Below are positions 26,792 through 37,508 of a DNA stretch of 64,000 nucleotides, one piece after another. Every line of letters starts with the position of its first letter. Positions within the stretch are counted from its first letter, which is position 1. The notes under the pieces were generated by a model that did not search any database, was not told the origin of the DNA, and was given only the letters and a program-made list of their open reading frames with translations. The position numbers and the translations under genes were made by a program. Source of the DNA: an uncultured Chitinophagales bacterium (GTDB taxonomy: Bacteria > Bacteroidota > Ignavibacteria > UBA10030 > UBA6906). The stretch lies in NCBI GenBank assembly GCA_964539775.1, contig CAZIKE010000001.1:22013-86012 (forward strand), given 5' to 3'.

Positions 26792-29101
26792 TCACTCGTA
26801 CATCGTTTCCATCTGCGGACTGAACCGTCCCATGCGGGGGGCTTTCTCCTCTCCGGGCTCTTGTGCATCGCGTACAGCCATCGCCGTGACGTTGACGATG
26901 TCTGCAACCTCGTTGCCGGGAATGAGCACATAGACCGGCTTGCGCATGCCGAGCAGGATTGGCCCGTACATCTCGGCACCGCCGAGCTTGGCGAGGAGCT
27001 TGTACGCGATATTCGCCGACTCGAGGTTCGGGCACACCAACAGATTCGCTGCTTCTTTCAGCGTACTGAAGGGGTACAGCGTCTCGATAATCTCGGGCGA
27101 AACAGCCGTATCGGCCATCATTTCACCATCCACCATCAGCTCGGGTGCGCGCTTCTTGACGAGCTCCGCCGCCTTGGCCATCTTCTGAGCCGAGGGATGC
27201 CGCGTACTGCCGAAGTTGCTGAACGACAGCATCGCGATGCGCGGCACAATGTCGAAGCTGCGGACCTTCTCTGCCGCAAGGACGGCAATCTCGGCCAGTT
27301 GTTCGGCCGTCGGGTCGAAGTTCACCGTCGCGTCCGTGATGAACTTGACGTCGTTCTTGAAGACGAGCATATACAGCCCCGCGATCGTGCTGATGCCCGG
27401 CAGCGGCTTAATGATCTGCAGCGCCGGTCGGATCGTGTCGGGGTAGCTTTGCGTGAGGCCTGCAACGAGTCCATCCGCATCGCCCGTGTGCACCATCATC
27501 ATCCCGTAGTTGATGGGACGCTGGATCTGGTTGTAGGCGTCCTTCTGCGTGACGCCTTTCCGCTTGCGCATGTCATAGAACTTGCTCACGTACTCGTCAA
27601 ACTTCTGGGAGTGGATGGGATCGACGATCTCGACACCGTTCAGATCGAGATCGAGCATCTTGATCTTTTCGGTGATGGTATTCCGATCGCCCAGCAGGAT
27701 GGGCTTTGCGATTTCTTCATCCAGAATGATCTGGCTTGCCCGCAGGACTTTCTCCTCCGTTCCTTCGGGAAAGACAATCCGCTTTGGCGCGCGCTGTGCT
27801 TTGTGGATGACCGTGCGCATGATCTCCTTGCCGCGGCCGAACCGGCTCTCGAGCGAGTCCCGATACGCATCGAGGTTCTCGATGGGTTTGCGTGCGACGC
27901 CGGTTTCCATCGCTGCTTTCGCCACTGCAGGAGCTTCCCAGAGCAGCACGCGCGGATCAAGCGGCTTCGGGATGATGTAGTCGCGCCCGAACTTGATCGG
28001 CTTGCCTCCGTAGGCCTTGATGACGGAATCCGGAACGTCTTCTTTTGCCAGAGCGGCCAACGCACGCGCAGCGGCAAGCTTCATCTCATCGTTGATGGCC
28101 GTTGCCATTACATCCAGCGCACCGCGGAAGATGAACGGGAAGCCGAGCACATTGTTCACCTGGTTCGGATAGTCCGAGCGACCGGTGGCCATGATCAGAT
28201 CCTTACGCACATCGAACGCCTCCTCGGGCGTGATCTCCGGATCGGGGTTCGCCATCGCAAAGATGATTGCGTCTTCGGCCATACTCTTGACCATCTCCTT
28301 GGTCACCACCCCTTTGACCGACACGCCGGCAAACACATCCGCGCCGCGCATCGCATCGGCGAGCGTGCGTGCGTCCGTATCGACGGCGAAGAACTCCTTG
28401 TACGGGTTCATCCCTTCCTTCCTGCCCTTATACACCACGCCCTTTGTATCGACCAGGATCAGATTGTCCTTCTTCACGCCGAGCAGGAGATAGAATTTTG
28501 CACAGGCAATACCTGCGGCACCGGCACCGCTGAACACCACCTTGACCTCATCGATCTTCTTGCCGACAAGCTCCAGCGCATTCAACAACCCGGCACCGGA
28601 GATGATTGCCGTGCCGTGCTGGTCGTCGTGGAAGACGGGGATGTTCATGATCTTCTTGAGTTCTTCTTCGATGTGGAAGCACTCCGGCGCTTTGATGTCT
28701 TCCAGGTTGATACCGCCGAACGTCGGCTCCAACGCCTTGACAATACGGATGATCTCGTCGGGGTCCTTTGAGTCGATCTCGATATCGAACACATCGATGT
28801 CGGCAAAGCGCTTGAAGAGCACGCCCTTTCCTTCCATCACCGGCTTACCTGCTGCCGGACCAATATCGCCGAGACCCAGTACGGCTGTGCCGTTGGAGAC
28901 GACCGCCACAAGATTCCCCTTCGCGGTGTACTTGTACACGTCTGCAGGATTCGCCGCGATCTCGCGGCAGGGTTCTGCAACACCCGGTGTGTAGGCAAGC
29001 GAGAGATCGCGCTGTGTAGCGCACGGTTTGGTGAGGGCAATCTCAATCTTGCCTCTGCGCCCTTGACTATGGTAGTCGAGCGCATCCTGTTTTCGTATCA
29101 T
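26792..29101 (-). CDS. maeB: NADP-dependent malic enzyme with C-terminal phosphotransacetylase-like domain
   Basis: The start at ATG 29101 is preceded by GGAGG. The N-terminus is [31 protein letters not shown], with the dinucleotide loop [10 protein letters not shown] and a PTA_PTB-like C-terminal half. The ORF-track extension to 29230 is rejected. Confidence 0.92.
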   Translation of the reverse strand: MIRKQDALDYHSQGRRGKIEIALTKPCATQRDLSLAYTPGVAEPCREIAANPADVYKYTAKGNLVAVVSNGTAVLGLGDIGPAAGKPVMEGKGVLFKRFADIDVFDIEIDSKDPDEIIRIVKALEPTFGGINLEDIKAPECFHIEEELKKIMNIPVFHDDQHGTAIISGAGLLNALELVGKKIDEVKVVFSGAGAAGIACAKFYLLLGVKKDNLILVDTKGVVYKGRKEGMNPYKEFFAVDTDARTLADAMRGADVFAGVSVKGVVTKEMVKSMAEDAIIFAMANPDPEITPEEAFDVRKDLIMATGRSDYPNQVNNVLGFPFIFRGALDVMATAINDEMKLAAARALAALAKEDVPDSVIKAYGGKPIKFGRDYIIPKPLDPRVLLWEAPAVAKAAMETGVARKPIENLDAYRDSLESRFGRGKEIMRTVIHKAQRAPKRIVFPEGTEEKVLRASQIILDEEIAKPILLGDRNTITEKIKMLDLDLNGVEIVDPIHSQKFDEYVSKFYDMRKRKGVTQKDAYNQIQRPINYGMMMVHTGDADGLVAGLTQSYPDTIRPALQIIKPLPGISTIAGLYMLVFKNDVKFITDATVNFDPTAEQLAEIAVLAAEKVRSFDIVPRIAMLSFSNFGSTRHPSAQKMAKAAELVKKRAPELMVDGEMMADTAVSPEIIETLYPFSTLKEAANLLVCPNLESANIAYKLLAKLGGAEMYGPILLGMRKPVYVLIPGNEVADIVNVTAMAVRDAQEPGEEKAPRMGRFSPQMETMYE

Positions 29102-29353
29102 TGTCTGACCTCCAAAAGAAGATTCCTCGAAGCCGATGTCATAGGATAGCGCGTGGTTGAATGGACATAGGGTTGCATGAACGGAATTGGTCAAAGCACG
29201 TGCCATGCAGAGGGAGCCGTTTGTCAACACGTTTGGCCGACTTCCGCAGGACCATTCTCAGAATTGGCAACCCAGCATCGGCTTTTCTCAAAGATACGAA
29301 ACATACGTGTTGGGTTTTCCAGCAGCCAGGTCTGCTCGGCTCGCAGTGCATCT

Positions 29354-29382
29354 TTGCATTTCCGCGCAGGGCTCAATATATT
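29354..29382 (+). promoter_or_regulatory. sigma70-like promoter candidate (TTGCAT-N17-TATATT) for glgA
   Basis: -35 at 29354..29359 and -10 at 29377..29382, about 38 nt upstream of ATG 29420. Confidence 0.45.
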
Positions 29383-29419
29383 GGCATTCATTGCGGTCAC
29401 CCACCACAGGCAAGAGTGT

Positions 29420-30883
29420 ATGAAAATAGCCATCGCTGCTTCCGAGTGTGCCCCGTTTGCAAAGACAGGCGGCCTGGCGGACGTCATCGGTTCGCTCCCC
29501 AAGGCATTGCACCACCTCGGCTGCGACGTCAAGGTCTTCATCCCCAAGTACAACACTATCGACGAATCGAAGTACGACCTGCATTACGAGTACGCCATCG
29601 GCGAGATGCCTGTGCGCGTGGCCGGCATTGCCTGGCCGGTGCACGTCGTCAGCTCAACGCTTCCCGGCTCCAGCGTTCCTGTCTACTTTATCGACTGCCC
29701 GCACTTTTTCCATCGCGGAAGGATTTACACCGATGGGTACGACGAAGACGGGCGGTTCATTCTTTTTATGAAGGCCGTGATTGAAACACTCCAGCGCCTG
29801 CAATGGGCTCCGGACGTGGTGCACTGCAACGACTGGCAGACGGGTTTCCTCCCTCTTCTCCTCAAAGAGAACTACAGCTGGGATAGCATGTTCAAGAACA
29901 CGGCAACGCTCTATTCCATTCATAACATCGGGTATCAGGGACTGTTCAACAGAACGGCGATGGAAATTGCCGAAATACGCCACGACCATTTCCCTGCGCT
30001 GGAACTGCGCGGCGGCGTGTCGTTTATGAAAGCGGGGATCCTGTCCGCGGAGATCATCAGCACGGTCAGTGAAACCTACGCACGCGAGATTCTGACGCCG
30101 CAGTATGGGGCGGGCATGGAAGGAATCCTGTGGATGCGGCGGGACGACGTACACGGCGTGCTCAACGGCATCGACGTCGATGTGTGGAATCCCGCAACAG
30201 ATTCCCATCTCCCCCATCATTACTCCAAAGAGAATCTCGCAGGCAAGTATCGCAACAAGAAGTTTTTGGTAGAAAAGATTGGCATGCCCTACAATCCACA
30301 CCGGCCACTCATCGGCATCGTCTCGCGGCTCGTTGCGCAGAAGGGATTCGACACGATTGCCGAGGCCATCGGCGGGTTGATGGAGATGGATGTCCAGTGG
30401 GTGGTTCTCGGTTCGGGCGAAGAGCGGTACGAACGGCTGTTCACTTCGCTCCATCACGCTATGCCGCATAAGGTCTGGACCTATATCGGTTTCAACAACG
30501 AGCTTGCCCATCTGATCGAAGCCGCGTCCGATATGATCCTGATGCCCTCGCATTACGAGCCGTGTGGCCTCAATCAGATGTACAGTCTGCGCTACGGCAC
30601 TATTCCCATCGTGCGCAAGACAGGTGGCCTTGCCGACACGGTACACGACTGGCATGAGTTCCAATCGCTGGGCAGCGATGAGGGAAACGGTTTCTCCTTC
30701 CATGACGCAACAGGCTATGCCCTCTTCACGACGGTTTCCCGCGCGGTGCACATGTTCTCCAACGACAAACAAACCTGGCATCGCATGATGATGAACGGCA
30801 TGAATACCGATTTCTCGTGGGAAGCATCGGCAAGGAAATACGTGCAGCTTTACGCGATGGCTGCGAAGAAACGCAGAGGGTGA
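29420..30883 (+). CDS. glgA: glycogen synthase (ADP-glucose type)
   Basis: The start at ATG 29420 gives MKIAIAASECAPFAKTGGLADV (KTGGL motif) and a GT5 pattern throughout. The ORF-track extension from 29177 is rejected. Confidence 0.92.
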   Translation: MKIAIAASECAPFAKTGGLADVIGSLPKALHHLGCDVKVFIPKYNTIDESKYDLHYEYAIGEMPVRVAGIAWPVHVVSSTLPGSSVPVYFIDCPHFFHRGRIYTDGYDEDGRFILFMKAVIETLQRLQWAPDVVHCNDWQTGFLPLLLKENYSWDSMFKNTATLYSIHNIGYQGLFNRTAMEIAEIRHDHFPALELRGGVSFMKAGILSAEIISTVSETYAREILTPQYGAGMEGILWMRRDDVHGVLNGIDVDVWNPATDSHLPHHYSKENLAGKYRNKKFLVEKIGMPYNPHRPLIGIVSRLVAQKGFDTIAEAIGGLMEMDVQWVVLGSGEERYERLFTSLHHAMPHKVWTYIGFNNELAHLIEAASDMILMPSHYEPCGLNQMYSLRYGTIPIVRKTGGLADTVHDWHEFQSLGSDEGNGFSFHDATGYALFTTVSRAVHMFSNDKQTWHRMMMNGMNTDFSWEASARKYVQLYAMAAKKRRG

Positions 30884-30907
30884 TTGTTACCCGTCTCGCG
30901 ACGGCTG

Positions 30908-30936
30908 TTGACAACCCATTGATATCTTGGTATATT
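30908..30936 (+). promoter_or_regulatory. sigma70-like promoter candidate (TTGACA-N17-TATATT) upstream of lon
   Basis: Consensus -35 TTGACA at 30908..30913 and -10 TATATT at 30931..30936, with a 17-nt spacer. Confidence 0.5.
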
Positions 30937-30957
30937 TTTCAACACAACGAGAACAGC

Positions 30958-30982
30958 AAAGGTGTCGGGTGCGACACCTTTT
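30958..30982 (+). other. 10-bp stem / GGTG tetraloop hairpin between the promoter box and the lon start
   Basis: AAAGGTGTCG (30958..30967) pairs with CGACACCTTT (30972..30981) and is followed by T. It could be the glgA terminator or a lon leader structure. Confidence 0.5.
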
Positions 30983-31015
30983 CCATCTGAAACGAGAGCG
31001 TGTCGAACGAATTCC

Positions 31016-33397
<2,382 letters not shown>

Positions 33398-33521
33398 GCG
33401 GTCGTCGTCGGACTCACGAATTTGACTCACCCTGACCCCGTCTGCTTTACCGTACGCTCGGTGCGTGGGCCGACGGCAAGGGATCTACCTGCTTTGGAGA
33501 CTTTGTTCCGTTGCATGCATT

Positions 33522-35174
33522 ATGAGTGAGTACATCGTTACTGCCCGCAAGTGGCGGCCCATGAGGTTCGATGACGTGGCCGCCCAAACACACGTTACCC
33601 ACACGCTGAAGAACGCGATCCGACAGAAGCGTCTGGCCCACGCGTACCTGTTTGCCGGTCCTCGCGGCGTGGGCAAAACCACCACGGCGCGCCTGCTTGC
33701 CAAGCTCGTGAACTGCCAGAACCCGACGGCGGAGTTCGAGCCGGACAACACATGCGAGATGTGCGTCGAGATCACGGAGGGGAGGAGTTTCGACGTGCTG
33801 GAGATTGACGGTGCCTCCAACCGCGGCGTGGACGAGATCCGCAACCTGCGCGAGGCCGTACGGTACGGTCCGGCAAAAGGCAAATACAAAGTGTACATCA
33901 TCGATGAAGTCCACATGCTGACCAAGGAGGCATTCAACGCCCTCCTCAAGACGCTGGAGGAACCTCCGGGCCACGTTTTGTTCATCTTCGCCACCACGGA
34001 AGTGCATAAGCTGCCGGCAACGATCATCTCCCGCTGCCAGCGCTTCGACTTTCGTCGCATCACCGTCGACGAGATCATGACAAACCTTCGGACGATTGCG
34101 CAGAAGGAGTCCATCGCCATCGATGAGGAGGCTCTTCTGCTGATTGCCAAGAAAGGTGATGGCTCGATGCGCGATGCGCAGAGCATCTTCGACCAGATTG
34201 TCGCACTCTGCGGCAAGACGGTCGCCAAAGATCAGATTCTGCAGGCCCTCAACATTGTGGATCAGGAGTTCTACTTCCGCGTCACCGACCTCATCAAGGC
34301 AAAAGACGCAAAAGGCGGGCTAGATCTGGTGCAGGACATCATGGAGCGCGGGTACGACATCAAAGAGTTTCTTGCTGGACTGACCGAGCATTTGCGGAAC
34401 ATCCTTACCGCGGTTACCACCGGCTCCACTGCACTGATCGAAGAATCGGACATCCACAAAACGAAATATGCCGAAGTGGCGAAACAGTTCAGCGTGGCCG
34501 ATGTGCTTCGCCTCCTGCGATTCGTCAACAACACCGAGACGGCCATCCGGTGGAGCAGTCAACCGCGCTTCAAGCTCGAGACCGACATCGTGCAGATGAT
34601 CACGATGAACAGTGCCCTCGACGTGGGAGAGGTCCTTCACCAGATTGAGGAGTTGAAAAAAAAACTCTCCGAAGGTAGCACACACGCCGGTGGAGCGCAG
34701 CAACCATCCTCTGCGGTTGCGGAACCGACCGCACAGCGATTCAGCTCGCGGCCTGTGTTCGCCCGTCCCACAGCGCCGGTACCACCTCCCTCTCCCGAGA
34801 CACCACCGTCTCCGTCGCCGGCACTTTCGGAAGGCGAGGTGCGCTCGCGCTGGCCGGAGCTGGTCGGCGAGATACGCCGCGAACGCATTGCGCTGGGAAC
34901 GATCCTCGAGTCGGCGATGCTCCGTGGCGTGCGCGGTTCGGCAATTCTCATCTCTGTACCCGATGAGTTCAGCTCTTCCGCCATCGGGCGACATAAGGAA
35001 CTGATCAGCACGATGATTCACAAAGTCTTCAGCGCTCGTGGGAGATTGGAAGTGGAGGTCAACCCCACCGCGGCCCCTCCCATGTCACTCGATACCGATG
35101 CTGCGGCATCGTCAACGGAGGAGCATCCGATTGTCAAAACCATCATGCGAGAACTGGGCGCCGAGCCGATTTGA
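33522..35174 (+). CDS. dnaX: DNA polymerase III subunit gamma/tau
   Basis: MSEYIVTARKWRP start, Walker A GPRGVGKTT, Cys-rich zinc module (CQNPTAEFEPDNTCEMC), SRC motif IISRCQRF and a P/S-rich tau linker after residue ~385. Confidence 0.93.
   Translation: MSEYIVTARKWRPMRFDDVAAQTHVTHTLKNAIRQKRLAHAYLFAGPRGVGKTTTARLLAKLVNCQNPTAEFEPDNTCEMCVEITEGRSFDVLEIDGASNRGVDEIRNLREAVRYGPAKGKYKVYIIDEVHMLTKEAFNALLKTLEEPPGHVLFIFATTEVHKLPATIISRCQRFDFRRITVDEIMTNLRTIAQKESIAIDEEALLLIAKKGDGSMRDAQSIFDQIVALCGKTVAKDQILQALNIVDQEFYFRVTDLIKAKDAKGGLDLVQDIMERGYDIKEFLAGLTEHLRNILTAVTTGSTALIEESDIHKTKYAEVAKQFSVADVLRLLRFVNNTETAIRWSSQPRFKLETDIVQMITMNSALDVGEVLHQIEELKKKLSEGSTHAGGAQQPSSAVAEPTAQRFSSRPVFARPTAPVPPPSPETPPSPSPALSEGEVRSRWPELVGEIRRERIALGTILESAMLRGVRGSAILISVPDEFSSSAIGRHKELISTMIHKVFSARGRLEVEVNPTAAPPMSLDTDAAASSTEEHPIVKTIMRELGAEPI
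34656..34664 (+). other. A9 homopolymer in dnaX (candidate gamma/tau recoding or slippage site)
   Basis: In-frame AAA AAA AAA (codons 379-381). The -1 frame after the run reads ACT CTC CGA AGG TAG (stop at 34676..34678). Confidence 0.4.
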
Positions 35175-35342
35175 TAGGCTTGAGGCTATCCACCGCATCA
35201 TTGTGACTTCACGGCTTGACTTTGAATGTTCATTTACCCAATTTTGAATCGAGACAACTCAAGGAGATGGCCCCCGCCCCATGCTACAGTGCTTCATAAC
35301 TTCACTATAACGCAAGCCGATAATCTTAAAGAGAGGCATGTC

Positions 35343-36380
35343 ATGAAAATACGTTGGTCAGCCGTCGTGGTGTTGATGTTTGCCGTCGTCGTGACGTCGA
35401 TGGGGGGAGGCATTGCGAAGTACGCCGGTGAGTTCATTTCGCTCGGCGTCGGCGGGAGGGCACTTGGCATGGGAGGCGCGTTCGTTGCTCTGGCAAATGA
35501 CGTGACCGCGGGGTACTGGAATCCGGCCGGACTTTCCCGCATCAACTATCCGCAGATCGCATTGATGCACGATGAGCGCTACGGCAGCCTGGTGAATTAC
35601 GATTACGGGGCGGTGGCGTTGCCGGTGGGGCCGACCACAAGCTGGGGCCTCAGCGTCATCCGTCTCGGCGTGGACGACATCCCCGACACGCGCAAAGCAG
35701 GCATCGACGCAAACGGCAATTATACCGAAGACCCCAACCAGTTTACACGCATCGACCCGAGTCGTGTTACCTACTTCAATGCTGCCGACTGGGCGTTCTA
35801 TCTCACCTACTCAAAGAAGCACTCCGAGAATTTCTCCTACGGTGCAAACCTTAAGGTCATTCGTCGCGAGCTGGGTGACGCCTCCGCAACGGGCATTGGC
35901 CTCGACATCGGTTTGTGGTACAGCCTCACCGACAAGATCGTTCTGGGAGCAAATCTCCAGGATGTGACCACGACCTTCCTTGCATGGAATACAGGAACGA
36001 ACGAGCTGATTTCTCCTACGATGAAACTTGGGTCGGCCTACTTCATTGAAGCTCTCGGCGGACGTTTTGCACCGGCGGTGGATTTCGACATCCGCTTCGA
36101 GAACCGCAAGTCTGCCTCCACCTTTGCGCTCGGTCCGGTCAGCTTCGATGCGCACATCGGTACTGAGTTTCTCTTCAAAGATGCCGTTGCCCTCCGCGTC
36201 GGCTACAATGATGTGAAGCAGGTGTCGTTCGGTGCCGGCTTGCGCCTGCCGAAGCTGCACATCGACTACTCCTTTGCGCGCTTTGCGCAAGCAGCCGGCG
36301 AGCGTCTCGATGACACACACCGCATCTCGTTGATGTTCACACTGGAAGCTGAGCAGTTCAGGCGAGTGGACGGCTATTAA
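35343..36380 (+). CDS. PorV/PorQ-family outer-membrane beta-barrel protein
   Basis: ATG 35343 gives a signal peptide, then AGEFISLGVGGRALGMGGAFVALANDVTAGYWNPAGL, which matches my recollection of the PorV/PorQ (T9SS-associated, FadL-like) N-terminal signature. Confidence 0.6.
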   Translation: MKIRWSAVVVLMFAVVVTSMGGGIAKYAGEFISLGVGGRALGMGGAFVALANDVTAGYWNPAGLSRINYPQIALMHDERYGSLVNYDYGAVALPVGPTTSWGLSVIRLGVDDIPDTRKAGIDANGNYTEDPNQFTRIDPSRVTYFNAADWAFYLTYSKKHSENFSYGANLKVIRRELGDASATGIGLDIGLWYSLTDKIVLGANLQDVTTTFLAWNTGTNELISPTMKLGSAYFIEALGGRFAPAVDFDIRFENRKSASTFALGPVSFDAHIGTEFLFKDAVALRVGYNDVKQVSFGAGLRLPKLHIDYSFARFAQAAGERLDDTHRISLMFTLEAEQFRRVDGY

Positions 36381-36385
36381 CCATC

Positions 36386-36709
36386 TCATTTCCACGCACC
36401 GAGCATCCTGCGGAGAAGCACAAGCTGTCCGATGTGGTCTGTTGCCGGATCCGCCACAAGGTCTTGCATTGCGTTCCCGTCGTTGCGGAATTGCTAAACG
36501 CCCGCACGCCGGATGAACTGACCGATATCCCACTGTGCAATCCGTAGATGTTCAAGCAGTTGCCACGGAGTGTAAGGAATGCCATCAACGTTCTTTCCTG
36601 CCAGATGTTTGCGAAAACCTTCGACGGCAGCATCGAAACTCGCGTGCGCATGCTCTCCTTGAAGAATGTCAAGAACGTGGTAACGTAACGGTGGGTCCTG
36701 CGGCGCCAT
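36386..36709 (-). pseudogene. decayed DinB-family gene (in-frame TAG plus apparent internal deletion)
   Basis: ATG 36709 is preceded by AGGAGG. It reads ..PWQLLEHLRIAQWDIGQFIRRAGV, then TAG (36496..36494), then in the same frame ..LVADPATDHIGQLVLLRRMLGAWK and TGA at 36386. Both halves carry DinB-type motifs, but the middle of the family appears to be missing. Confidence 0.5.
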
Positions 36710-36877
36710 GAGCTCCTCCTGATTCTTATGAAAGAACGACAGTGAACCACGGGCAATATACAGACCCGCGAAGACGAAGGCAATCCGAAGCGCACCGTGG
36801 GTCGTATCATGTGTGCGCCTCGCATTCTTGCTGACTCATAACGATTGCATCATTCACATCAATGAAAGGAGGCCCTC

Positions 36878-37378
36878 ATGGCGGCACTCGAGAAAGACAT
36901 TTTCCTCAAAGCCTACGAGAGGGAGTGCAACACAACGATGCGTGTGCTGAACGCGTACCCCAACGATCAGCTCGACCTCAAGGGGGACACACTGCGCACT
37001 GCCCGGGAGATTGCGTTCCAGTTTGTCGGCGAGCAGGCAGTCGCAGAAATGGCGATGAGCGGCACGATAGACTTCAGCGGCGAGCCGCCAACACCAGGCT
37101 CGATGGACGAGATTGCCGGGATGTTTCAGGCGATGTTCAAGAAGAACATCGAACGGGTGCGAGCGCTTTCGGACCGGGAGTATAACTCAAGCGTCGTGTT
37201 CCCCACCGGAGCCGGAACCGGGATACCCATGCGTAAAGCCGATGTCTTGTGGCTGACGCTGTATGACATGGTGCATCATCGCGGACAACTCTCCGTGTAC
37301 GTTCGCCTCGCAGGCGGCAAAGTTCCATCCATCTACGGCCCTTCTGCTGACGAAACGGAGAGGATCTTTCTGGTGTAG
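36878..37378 (+). CDS. DinB-family protein
   Basis: 166 aa. C-terminal ..LYDMVHHRGQLSVYVRLAGGKVPSIYGPSAD is a typical DinB/DUF664-type signature. Confidence 0.8.
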   Translation: MAALEKDIFLKAYERECNTTMRVLNAYPNDQLDLKGDTLRTAREIAFQFVGEQAVAEMAMSGTIDFSGEPPTPGSMDEIAGMFQAMFKKNIERVRALSDREYNSSVVFPTGAGTGIPMRKADVLWLTLYDMVHHRGQLSVYVRLAGGKVPSIYGPSADETERIFLV

Positions 37379-37508
37379 GCACGGCATGTTCCGACCAACG
37401 ATGGATGCAAGAGCGTTTTCCTTCATGTCGCGCTTCGGTTTCTGACGCTCTCGCTGGTGGTGGTGCAACGAGGATTGATGAAGAAGAACGGAGCCGACGC
37501 GAGGCAAG

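Noticed and set aside
26861-28771. 636-aa plus-strand ORF
   Set aside because: It is antisense to maeB, which has unambiguous malic-enzyme and PTA-like motifs. The shadow ORF has an R/H/D-rich nonsense composition.
29102-29419. 8-bp inverted repeat CAACACGT / ACGTGTTG in the maeB-glgA divergent region as a regulator site
   Set aside because: It is short, and the half-sites are about 70 nt apart. That is within chance expectation for a 318-bp region.
33398-33521. Possible SRP (4.5S/scRNA) gene upstream of dnaX, as in Bacillus
   Set aside because: CTGCTTTACC weakly recalls the SRP 5' region. However, the conserved helix-8 motif (GGUCCGGAAGGAAGCAGCC-like) is absent.
36358-36825. 155-aa minus-strand ORF
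   Set aside because: It is in a different frame from the DinB-like reading frame, which has the strong SD and family motifs. The 155-aa translation has no recognisable features.
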